Part shown: positions 8,696 to 16,653 of the stretch, piece by piece
Position numbering within the stretch: the stretch's first letter is position 1
Layout: each line of letters begins with the position of its first letter
Assembly: GCA_044352465.1 (NCBI GenBank)
Contig: JBILDU010000037.1
Span: 1-26,584 of the forward strand
DNA from: Bdellovibrionota bacterium
GTDB taxonomy: Bacteria > Bdellovibrionota_C > UBA2361
Direction: 5' to 3'
Length of the DNA: 26,584 nucleotides
Notes under the pieces: generated by a model
Seen by the model: the letters and a program-made list of their open reading frames with translations, nothing else
What the model was told of the DNA's origin: nothing
Database searches by the model: none
Made by a program: the position numbers and the translations under genes

Positions 8696-9707
8696 GTCGG
8701 CGATGCCGCAGTTTTTCGTCGTCTCAGGTGGGGGTGGTTTTGTCGGAAAGGCGCTCGCATTGCGGCTACGCCAAGACGGCCATCGTGTCGTCACACTCGC
8801 GCGTTCGGATTACCCTGAGCTTCGTTCGGCGGGAGTCGAACACCATCAGGTCGATCTCACCGCTCCGCCGGCAAGTTGGGCGAAGCTCTGTCGGGGTGCC
8901 GCGGGATTTTTCCATGTGGCAGCTAAGGTCGATATGTGGGGGCGCTACGAGGATTTTTTCCGCGCAAATGTCGTTGGTACCCGAAACGTTGTGGAGGTAT
9001 GTCGGCTCGAAGGGATCAAGCGGCTCGTGTACACGAGTTCGCCGAGTGTCGTCGCCGATGGCACAGATCTTAGCGGCGTGGATGAGTCGTATCCGTATCC
9101 TCAACATCATGAGGCTTTCTATCCGGCTACCAAAGCACTTGCGGAGCGGGAGGTCCTCGCGCTCACGGATGTCTGGGCTGTCGCTTTGCGTCCCCATCTG
9201 ATTTGGGGACCTGGGGATACGAATCTACTCCCCACGATTATTGAGCGGGCAAGGGCGGGTCGTCTGGTGCAGATCGGGGATGGCTCTAATCGAGTAGACA
9301 TCACTTATATCGACGATTGTGTTGCGGCCCATCTGTGTGCGATGGCGGCGCTGGAGAGTAATCCAGCGGCCCGGGGTCGGGCATATTTTATTAGCCAGGG
9401 AGAGCCGGTTCAGCTTTGGACGTGGGTGAACGAAGTGTTAAGAGCTAACGGCTTGCCACCGATTACACGGAAGATATCCCGAAGATTTGCGACCGTTATC
9501 GCTACCGTCGCTGAAGCGATCGCCCGGCTCGATCCCCGTGGTCGCGAGCCCTTCCTCTCGCGCTTTTTGGTTTCAGAGATGGCGACGAGCCATTATTTTG
9601 ATCTCACTGCGGCTCGAACCCTGCTGGGATATCACCCCCGTTTCACCGTGGCGCAGGGGATGGCAGCGACTTTTCCCCCCAGCGCCGCGCAGGATCGAGC
9701 GGCTTAG
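8688..9707 (+). CDS. oleD: OleD, 2-alkyl-3-oxoalkanoate reductase (extended SDR / 3-beta-HSD family)
   Basis: GGGGFVG, HVAAKV, YTSSPSVV, YPATK (YxxxK) and LRPHLIWGPGD. The ATG at 8688 overlaps the oleBC stop; 8703 is an alternative ATG. Confidence 0.9.
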   Translation: MDRSAMPQFFVVSGGGGFVGKALALRLRQDGHRVVTLARSDYPELRSAGVEHHQVDLTAPPASWAKLCRGAAGFFHVAAKVDMWGRYEDFFRANVVGTRNVVEVCRLEGIKRLVYTSSPSVVADGTDLSGVDESYPYPQHHEAFYPATKALAEREVLALTDVWAVALRPHLIWGPGDTNLLPTIIERARAGRLVQIGDGSNRVDITYIDDCVAAHLCAMAALESNPAARGRAYFISQGEPVQLWTWVNEVLRANGLPPITRKISRRFATVIATVAEAIARLDPRGREPFLSRFLVSEMATSHYFDLTAARTLLGYHPRFTVAQGMAATFPPSAAQDRAA

Positions 9708-9884
9708 CTTTCCGCCATCAGTCAGATGACATCAGGGGACTACCTCGACTTTCGCGGCTCGATCTATTTTTCCCCAGAAGTCGTTGCAGAGCCATGCGCG
9801 GTTCGCCGGTCTCCCGTCGAGCATGGCGGCTGGTCGATCGACGGTGTTCGCGTTAGCCCCATGGCGCACGATTTGAGAGCGGAC

Positions 9885-10490
9885 TCACTTACTTACTTGA
9901 ATCCTGCGGTGGTCGTAGTACTCGATCCCGAGGCACCCGATTCGGGTCTCGATGAGCGCCTTAAGTGTTGGGTCCTTGCGCGCGCGCAACCAGATCTGCT
10001 TTGGCACGCGTACCTTGATCCCGTCGAGGTCGTAGCGCCACGATTCGAGCACGAGACCGTAACGCGGTGAACTTGAGCTGTCTCTACCGTAGGTCCTCAG
10101 AATAGGCGCGGACTTTTGCTCAGCTGCCGTTGAGCCACAGAGGTGGTTTGACTCGAACACAAATACGTGGGCCACCACGAAGCAGGCTACTAAAGTGCAG
10201 GCGAGATTAATCACCGCTCCTGCCGCCCAGTGAGAGGGGCGGGGTGCCCCCCGTGCGGCCGCCGCTGTCGCGTCAGCCCATAGCTCGATCGCTGAAGGCC
10301 TTTTCACTGGGTTCCATGACGTGAGGCGGCAGAGCAGGATCGTCATCAGAACAGCACCAAAGACGCAGAGGATGATGCCGTCGCTTGGGTGGATAACCTC
10401 CCAGCGCGGTCGCAAAAATAGGGGGACAATGAATATGGCACCGATAAGGAGCCGTCGATCGATTCGGCGCGTGGTGATAAGTCTGCCCAT
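9885..10490 (-). CDS. Hypothetical membrane protein (about 3 hydrophobic segments plus soluble C-terminal region)
   Basis: The ATG at 10490 follows a purine-rich gatagggaag. Hydrophobic stretches are LLIGAIFIVPLFL, GIILCVFGAVLMTILLC and AVINLACTLVACFVVAHVFVF. Confidence 0.55.
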   Translation of the reverse strand: MGRLITTRRIDRRLLIGAIFIVPLFLRPRWEVIHPSDGIILCVFGAVLMTILLCRLTSWNPVKRPSAIELWADATAAAARGAPRPSHWAAGAVINLACTLVACFVVAHVFVFESNHLCGSTAAEQKSAPILRTYGRDSSSSPRYGLVLESWRYDLDGIKVRVPKQIWLRARKDPTLKALIETRIGCLGIEYYDHRRIQVSK

Positions 10491-10621
10491 CTTCCCTATC
10501 TTACTACAAGAGCGGAGCGAATACCGAAAAGAGTTCGGAACTACTTCCTGAGGCCTACCGGAATGATTACCGGTGAGATTTTTCATGTTGAAAGACCATA
10601 GGGTGGGCTACAGTCAACCCT

Positions 10622-11809
10622 ATGTTCACCCCATCTCGCGCGTCTGCGCTTTCAGTCCTGAGCGAGTTTCTCCCCCGGATCCCAGGGTATGCGTCTCAGC
10701 GCAGCTTCGCCCGCCCGGGTCATCCAGATGTGTCGCGACTTTCGCCCTATATTCGGCGGCGGTTGATTACCGAGCAGGAGGTGGTCCAGGCAGTCCTTGC
10801 CGCCTACCCATTTTCAGTCGCCGAGAAGTTTATCCAGGAGGTCGTGTGGCGCACCTACTGGAAGGGTTGGCTTGAGCTCAACCCATGGGTATGGGACGGG
10901 TGCGTCACCCGGGAGGTGGTGCTACGAGGCGAGGAGTTGCGATCGCCTTGGGGCGATACCTACGCCCGGGCGATTCACGGACAGACGGCATTGCCGTTTT
11001 TTAACGATTGGGTCGCGGAATTGCGGGAGAGTGGTTACCTGCATAACCACGTACGGATGTGGTTTGCGAGCACCTGGATCCATACACTTCGAATTCCGTG
11101 GCAGCTCGGGGCGATGTTTATGTATCGTAATCTCCTCGACGGGGACCCCGCCTCGAATACACTCTCGTGGCGTTGGGTAGCCGGATTACAAACGAAAGGC
11201 AAAAGCTATCTTGCAAAGCCGAGCAACATCGAATTCCACTCCGAGGGACGTTGGACTCCGGGGCCAGGGGAGCTCGCCGAGACTACCTGCCACGTTGATG
11301 AGGATCTGAAGGCAGAGCCGCAACGGGCTGCGGCGCGGCAGTGGGGCGGCGTCCCGGAGGATCCGTACGGTGTCCTGACAACCAGTGAGGATCTTTCGAT
11401 CGAGGTGATGCCGCAACTTTTCGAAAGAGCACATGCAGCCGCTTTATGGCGCTCCCAAAGTTGTCTAGGAGAGTCGGAGCTTGTGGTCGAGTTTGTGCGT
11501 GGTGCTGAGGAGGATAGTTTGCATCGTGTCGGTTCGCGGGGAGTCGGCGTGGGGAATGTCGCAGAGGTGATCGCTTGGGTTCGCGCATCCAAGCTGACAC
11601 ATGTCGTTTTGGTCGCTCCACCCGTCGGGCCTCTGCGTCAACCCATAGAGGAAATGGAATCACAGCTCTCGGAGCAAGGGATCGGCTGTTCCTTTTATCG
11701 TTGTGCCTGGGATGCGCGACTACATCCGTTGGCGGCACGAGGATTCTTTCCTTTTTGGGAGAGGGTAAAGGGACTCATTCGGGAGGGGGAAGCCCTCTTC
11801 TATGGTTAG
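10622..11809 (+). CDS. Photolyase-family protein with N-terminal FAD-binding domain (NewPHL-like)
   Basis: VSRLSPY, KFIQEVVWRTYW, GYLHNHVRMWFAS and LLDGDPASNTLSWRWVAG all lie in the N-terminal half of a 395-aa protein. Confidence 0.85.
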   Translation: MFTPSRASALSVLSEFLPRIPGYASQRSFARPGHPDVSRLSPYIRRRLITEQEVVQAVLAAYPFSVAEKFIQEVVWRTYWKGWLELNPWVWDGCVTREVVLRGEELRSPWGDTYARAIHGQTALPFFNDWVAELRESGYLHNHVRMWFASTWIHTLRIPWQLGAMFMYRNLLDGDPASNTLSWRWVAGLQTKGKSYLAKPSNIEFHSEGRWTPGPGELAETTCHVDEDLKAEPQRAAARQWGGVPEDPYGVLTTSEDLSIEVMPQLFERAHAAALWRSQSCLGESELVVEFVRGAEEDSLHRVGSRGVGVGNVAEVIAWVRASKLTHVVLVAPPVGPLRQPIEEMESQLSEQGIGCSFYRCAWDARLHPLAARGFFPFWERVKGLIREGEALFYG

Positions 11810-12273
11810 AAGTTTTTCCCCTCCCCGAGGTTTGGCGGGCCATCTCATCGAGGTGACCTCTCTTGGCCGAGACTTGGGAGGGATCTGGCGTGGAGTCATT
11901 TTATAATAGGTGCCGGGTCGTTTGAAGATAGCTCGAGGTTCCTCTTCGGCTCGGGGAGGCCCGACAAGAAGAGCGCGCGGGTGTGCGACGTCTGATGCTC
12001 TGTCGTAACCCCCCAAGCCTCATTCACTTCGGAGCAAAAATCTTTTGTCGGCAGCTCCTTACGCTCAGCGTTGAGCTGAGAAGTGGGCTTCTTTGATTAC
12101 TTTGCCTCAATTTGAGAGACTCAGCCACTGGCGTGGTGGCGCGCCGCTTCATCGTTGTCTTGGGTAGTTGTTTGGTGCGGCTGCTCTCTTTTGTTGGACT
12201 TGGCCCTTTATTGGGCGACAGGGAGCCCTTCAGGAGAGAAATAGCGGCTATCAGGTTTTGAACTCATGGGCGG

Positions 12274-12354
12274 GTGAGTGGAAACGGTTGAGGAGCCGGT
12301 GGCTCTTAAACCGTTTCTATTCACGGTGATACTTCCCAGACCCGGGAGTATCGC
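12274..12354 (+). other. Tandem stem-loops upstream of small membrane protein gene
   Basis: A 24-bp stem gtgagtggaaacggttgaggagcc-(ggt)-ggctcttaaaccgtttctattcac (3 G-U, 1 mismatch) is followed by an 11-bp stem gtgatacttcc...gggagtatcgc. Confidence 0.65.
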
Positions 12355-12383
12355 TTCACGCACATGGGGTCGAGGTAAACGTC

Positions 12384-12626
12384 ATGGGTACGGTGCGAGA
12401 CGCGTTCAGGTGGTATCGGTGGCTTTGGTGGGGAAGTTTTGGTGCCGGGGTGATGCTGCTCCTGCTTTCTAAGCTGGGAGTAGTGCGGGGCAATTTTGTT
12501 GGGCTCACGTCGCTGGCGCTTTTGTTCATCTCCATGGTGGTGAGTCTGTTGGCGATGCGAGCTTTGCATCTGAGCCATCGAATCTCGATGGCAAAGATCG
12601 CGGCGCGCAGTCGTCCGCAGAGCTGA
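12384..12626 (+). CDS. Small hypothetical membrane protein (2 TM)
   Basis: RBS-like gaggt precedes the ATG. The protein has two hydrophobic segments and a basic C-terminal tail. Confidence 0.55.
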   Translation: MGTVRDAFRWYRWLWWGSFGAGVMLLLLSKLGVVRGNFVGLTSLALLFISMVVSLLAMRALHLSHRISMAKIAARSRPQS

Positions 12627-12647
12627 TGCTGCAGCTTGAAGGTGTGT

Positions 12648-12680
12648 GGGGCGGGTTAGATTCACCAACTAACCCGCCCC
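12648..12680. terminator. Perfect 12-bp inverted repeat (terminator-like or RNA-stabilising hairpin)
   Basis: ggggcgggttag-attcaccaa-ctaacccgcccc lies about 20 bp after the stop of the small membrane ORF. There is no clear U-tract. Confidence 0.45.
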
Positions 12681-12893
12681 GCTATCGCATTCGATCGGTT
12701 TTGATGAGAGGCGTTCCTCCACAAATGATTGTGTTGAGAGATCCTCTTGTTCGTTCGGAAATTTTGCTCAGTTCAGAGGGGCTGTTTCACCATGTAGTGT
12801 TCTCTCCCTCATACGTTCAAAAGAATCGATAGTCGAGGTACAGGCTGCTATTTCTCAATCCTGACTTTTCATTCTCCATCGCTTGGACAGTTG

Positions 12894-12910
12894 TTGGCAA
12901 CGCTCGCGCT
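12894..12910 (+). promoter_or_regulatory. Possible sigma-54 (-24/-12) promoter for pilin gene
   Basis: ttGGcaacgctcgcGCt has GG-N10-GC spacing with a good TGGCA -24 element but a weak -12 element, about 38 bp upstream of the pilin ATG. Confidence 0.25.
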
Positions 12911-12947
12911 TTTTCCCCGACAACCTTACTTCAGAAAAGGAGGAGAT

Positions 12948-13304
12948 ATGCAGAGAGGATTTACCTTGATCGAACTTCTTGTGGTGATGGCTATCGCTGG
13001 AATCTTGAGCGCTATCGCAATACCCGAGTATGCAGCTTATCGGGCGCGGGGTTTTGATACGCGCGCACGTTTTGATCTCTACCACATTGCAACGGCAGAA
13101 GAGGCATACTTTCTTGATCATGAGCGGTATCTCTCGTGTGGTGGCGATGCCTGCGCGGAGCTTCCGGGAATTCGCGGACTGTCGAAGGGGGTCTCACTCG
13201 CTATCACGGCAACAACCACCGGCTTTATCGGGACAGCAACTCACCCACGAGGAAGTGGTCGCGTGTATCGATACGAAAGCACTACGGGTGGGTTTGTCGA
13301 TTGA
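12948..13304 (+). CDS. Type IVa pilin (prepilin-type N-terminal cleavage/methylation protein)
   Basis: Strong RBS aggagg; MQRG/FTLIELLVVMAIAGILSAIAIP with E5 and P22; mature length 114 aa. Confidence 0.92.
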   Translation: MQRGFTLIELLVVMAIAGILSAIAIPEYAAYRARGFDTRARFDLYHIATAEEAYFLDHERYLSCGGDACAELPGIRGLSKGVSLAITATTTGFIGTATHPRGSGRVYRYESTTGGFVD

Positions 13305-13597
13305 AAGTCCTTAGGCGATAACGACACCCGCGGTCGGGCCCTCTTCGGTATCGTGAAGGGGGGTACGAAAAGAGGCCTAAGAGCGCTGGGGAGGTGCCGG
13401 TCCCGAAGGATACCCGGGGGTTATGCCCTTGATGGCCTCTGATGTTGCGGCAGAAGCTCCTGTCAGCATAACTTGTGGTACATCTCGAGCTCTTTCAACG
13501 TATCCATCCATACGAGGGTAGAAGGATCCCTTACGGTTATCTTGTCCAAATGTATGGACAAGCCGTTTTCAATTCCTCCGCAAGAAAGGAAAAAGTC

Positions 13598-14539
13598 ATG
13601 CGGTTGAGCTTGCTAGGGTGTCTCTGTTTCTTCATCGTCGTGTTCGGTCTCGTCGGCTGTGGTGCTCGGGTGGAGGTTCCTCCTGGGCACGTGGGTAAGG
13701 TGCTGAGCCCTTCGGGGTTGCAGCAGGGGCTCAAGACCCCGTCGTCGTTCCGCCTCCCCGCTGTCATGGCGTGGGATGCGAACTACTACCTGATCTTGGT
13801 TGAGACCAGTGACCAGGCGAAGGAGGAGCAGATGACGGTGTTCATGCCGAAGGATAACTTGAACCTCCAGTTCGACCTTCGCATGACGTTGTCCATCCCG
13901 TCGGACGACGAGAAGCGGATCGAGAGCATATTCTCTCGTCTCTCTCCGGATCGGGCTGAGGGCGTCTCGAAGACCATCGATTTCGATCAGGTCTTCAGGA
14001 CGTATGCTCAGCCGATTATTCGAGAGAAGGCGCGGGAAGTGCTCGCGAACTACACGATCGCGCAGGTCTTGACCTCGCGCGATGCGGTGTCGACGGAGCT
14101 CGAGAAGAAGATTCGTGAAGAGCTGGCAAATGCGCCGATCACGATCCTCAACATGGGCCTTGCCGACATTCAGCCTCCCGCCGTCATTGTGACGGCGCAG
14201 GAGGCGGCGAAGGAGCGCGAGATCGCTATTTCGCGGGCTGAAGCTGAGAAGATGGTCAAGCTCACTGAGGCTCAAGCTGCCCTTGAGGTGGCGAAGAAGC
14301 AACAGGAGGTTGATCTGGTTGAAGCTGAGACTCAGGCTCGGGTCAACGAGGTGCTCGCGAAGGGGGTTACTCCCGCCTTCGTGACGCAACGGATGATCAA
14401 GGTCTTGGAGGAGCTCGCGAAGAGCCCCAATAAGGTCTTCATCGTGCCCGACGAGGTCCTCGGCAACCCAGCGCTGATGCTCGGGATCTCCCAGCAGGCG
14501 CTCAGCACTGAGCCCACCGAGGCTCAGAGAAAGGAGTGA
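13598..14539 (+). CDS. SPFH/Band 7 domain lipoprotein
   Basis: RBS aagga; lipobox LVG-C at Cys21; VEVPPGHVGKV; SPFH core (IIREKAREVLANYT...RDAV...); Ala/Glu-rich coiled coil. Confidence 0.85.
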   Translation: MRLSLLGCLCFFIVVFGLVGCGARVEVPPGHVGKVLSPSGLQQGLKTPSSFRLPAVMAWDANYYLILVETSDQAKEEQMTVFMPKDNLNLQFDLRMTLSIPSDDEKRIESIFSRLSPDRAEGVSKTIDFDQVFRTYAQPIIREKAREVLANYTIAQVLTSRDAVSTELEKKIREELANAPITILNMGLADIQPPAVIVTAQEAAKEREIAISRAEAEKMVKLTEAQAALEVAKKQQEVDLVEAETQARVNEVLAKGVTPAFVTQRMIKVLEELAKSPNKVFIVPDEVLGNPALMLGISQQALSTEPTEAQRKE

Positions 14540-14543
14540 ACCG

Positions 14544-14972
14544 ATGGACGCAACGTTCAGCGGTGACCTCTTCCTGTGGGCGAGTCGCTTTGCGCTCGCC
14601 GTTCTCGTGGTCGGCGTGTGGATGTGGGTGATCCGTAAAAAGATCCTCCCGTTCGCTCGACGGTCAAACTCCCGCACCCCGGCGGCCCCCGTGGCCTTCC
14701 CGACGGTGTGGGTGGCTCTCGCGTGCACCCTCACGGTGTTCGCGTACTGGTTCCTCCTGCTTCAACCGATCGATCGTACCACCACGGTACCCGATCGGAC
14801 CCTTGAACAGCGGCGTTCCAACGCAGCTGAGAAAAGGGTGGAGCAGGCGCAGCCTTCGGTCGCCCCAGACACCCGCGAAACTCTCGATGAGAGAGCGAAG
14901 CGGATGCAGGCGGAGAACGAAGCGCAGAACAAGAAGGCGAAGGATACTTTTGACGCCCTAAAAAAGCGCTGA
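14544..14972 (+). CDS. Hypothetical 2-TM membrane protein with charged C-terminal helix, co-transcribed with SPFH gene
   Basis: It starts 4 bp after the SPFH stop with RBS aaggag. It has two hydrophobic segments and a charged tail. Confidence 0.75.
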   Translation: MDATFSGDLFLWASRFALAVLVVGVWMWVIRKKILPFARRSNSRTPAAPVAFPTVWVALACTLTVFAYWFLLLQPIDRTTTVPDRTLEQRRSNAAEKRVEQAQPSVAPDTRETLDERAKRMQAENEAQNKKAKDTFDALKKR

Positions 14973-14988
14973 AAGCCTCCGACTCCCC

Positions 14989-15026
14989 GGCAGTGAAGGA
15001 GCGAAAGCTTCTTCACTGCCTTTCTT
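14989..15026 (+). terminator. Rho-independent terminator
   Basis: ggcagtgaaggagc-gaaa-gcttcttcactgcc is followed by tttctt. Confidence 0.85.
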
Positions 15027-15028
15027 GC

Positions 15029-15082
15029 GGTGAGGTTTCGAACCCCCAAGGTTCACTCTCAGGGATCCTTCGAACCCTCACC
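15029..15082. terminator. Second inverted repeat between convergent genes
   Basis: ggtgaggtttcgaa ... ttcgaaccctcacc has 13/14 complementary arms. Confidence 0.5.
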
Positions 15083-15095
15083 CTTATTTTCTCTA

Positions 15096-16451
15096 TCAAA
15101 ACTTCGAAAATCCTGCGCTCGTGTCGGACGTCGGTTGCGCGTTCGTACCGGCTACAGGGCGGGCTGGGGTACCTGATTTACGACGAGCATCGACGCATGC
15201 AGGGGTGTAAAACCCCTCGCGGTAACAGATCGGCATCGCCATTGTTCGATCGACTTTCAGCGCTCGGTCGATAAAACTGCGACATCGATCGGTGATCTTC
15301 CGCACTCGAATGCGCCCGCCGGCCGGAGCGACCGTGGTCTCTCGTGGTGCAGCCGTTCCCCCAAATTGCTCCAAGACCTCATCGAATGGGTTCTTTTTCT
15401 TCGGGCCCGTGGCTAGACCTGGAAAGAGGGGAGCGGAGGTTGGCGTTGCCGCGGGGCTGGGCGAGGTATCTCGAGGCCGCTCTCCGGGACGGCTCGGAGG
15501 ATCTTTGAGTTCGAGTTTAGTGAGGCGGCAGGCGAGTCCGAGAGCCTCGTTCAGAAGCTTGGTGAGGTTCTCTTTTTCCGCTGAGTTTGGGGTTGTGGTA
15601 CCGCGACTTTGGTATTCGAGGGTGTAGATGCGGTCGGCGAGTACTTTCAGTTGGGGCTCGATTGATGACGTGGAGAGCTTCTCCTCGAGCTCTGCCGCAC
15701 CAGCATTAGTGTTCGGAGAGGTCGTTGTTCGTCCCGGAATGAAGATCTCGACTCTCTGGCCAGCAAAGGCGGCGCGACAACTCTTGGCGTCGATACCCTC
15801 ACGCGCACAGATCGCCATTGCATTACTTGGATCCAACGCCTCGATCTTTCCAAGATACTCCAAACAGCGTGGATCGCCTGGTTTGCCATCATAAGTCAGC
15901 GTTCGGTGCAGGCCGGGCATACACAGCGGTCCGATCACCCTTTCATACGCAACGAGGAGCGCAAGCTTCGATTGATCTGATTTCCCAATTGCGTAGCTAT
16001 TCTCTGCAAGGGAGGCTTCCCACCGCAAATTCTCGACCGCCTTACTGAGCGGCGGGAGGGGGGTCGGCGACGGTCCGGGTGTGGGAGCGGGCGCCGCAGT
16101 TTCTATGGCGGGGGTGCCGGGAGTGGGGCTCGGAGTTGCGCGGACGGCCGACTCACTGAGGTCGTCTGGAGTCACATCGTTCTCGACTGGGAAGCCCAAG
16201 GTCAGCGACCGTGGTGTCGTAGAAAGTGATGGTGGTGTTGCGGGCGATGGTCTTGTCGGAGGCAAGGGTCTTGTCGGAGGCGATGATATTGTTGAAGGCA
16301 AAGATGGCGGCGCGTTCTCCGCCTCGTTTGAGGGGAAGCCTGACTCCGAATAGTCGTACTCGATCGGGGATTCTTGGGCGGTAGCTGCGCCGGCCCATAC
16401 GACGAGAAAACCTACGAAGAGCAATCGAAACGGAATCACTTCTCCACCCAC
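15096..16451 (-). CDS. Hypothetical secreted Pro/Thr-rich protein with duplicated Cys motif
   Basis: Signal-peptide-like N-terminus (FRLLFVGFLVVWAGAATA/QE), P/T/S-rich linkers and two C-x18-C-x9-C repeats. Confidence 0.75.
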   Translation of the reverse strand: MGGEVIPFRLLFVGFLVVWAGAATAQESPIEYDYSESGFPSNEAENAPPSLPSTISSPPTRPLPPTRPSPATPPSLSTTPRSLTLGFPVENDVTPDDLSESAVRATPSPTPGTPAIETAAPAPTPGPSPTPLPPLSKAVENLRWEASLAENSYAIGKSDQSKLALLVAYERVIGPLCMPGLHRTLTYDGKPGDPRCLEYLGKIEALDPSNAMAICAREGIDAKSCRAAFAGQRVEIFIPGRTTTSPNTNAGAAELEEKLSTSSIEPQLKVLADRIYTLEYQSRGTTTPNSAEKENLTKLLNEALGLACRLTKLELKDPPSRPGERPRDTSPSPAATPTSAPLFPGLATGPKKKNPFDEVLEQFGGTAAPRETTVAPAGGRIRVRKITDRCRSFIDRALKVDRTMAMPICYREGFYTPACVDARRKSGTPARPVAGTNAQPTSDTSAGFSKF

Positions 16452-16653
16452 CAGCTACTCAAGTTTCAACTTTCTCTGCAGGCGTGCGTTCGCAGGGTTG
16501 CGCTACGCATAGCTTCGACATCGCGTGGAAAAATCGCCCCAGATCCTCCCATAATGTTACGAGGTCAGCCCTGATTGCGCAACGATGAAGCGCGCCTGCT
16601 CCTCGATATCGACCTCAATGCCTTGCCGCTCGGCGCCGAGCAGCCCCCGCGCG

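Noticed and set aside
9726..10070. 114-aa ORF after oleD as a possible extra ole gene
   Set aside because: It overlaps the more plausible minus-strand membrane gene by about 185 bp and has no RBS or motif.
12648..12680. Integron attC site (GTTAGAT / CTAAC present)
   Set aside because: The cores are in the wrong order, the element is too short, it is not repeated between genes, and there is no integrase.
13613..14734. 373-aa antisense ORF over the SPFH operon
   Set aside because: It is a shadow frame expected from strong codon bias, with an R/L/H-rich composition and no motifs.
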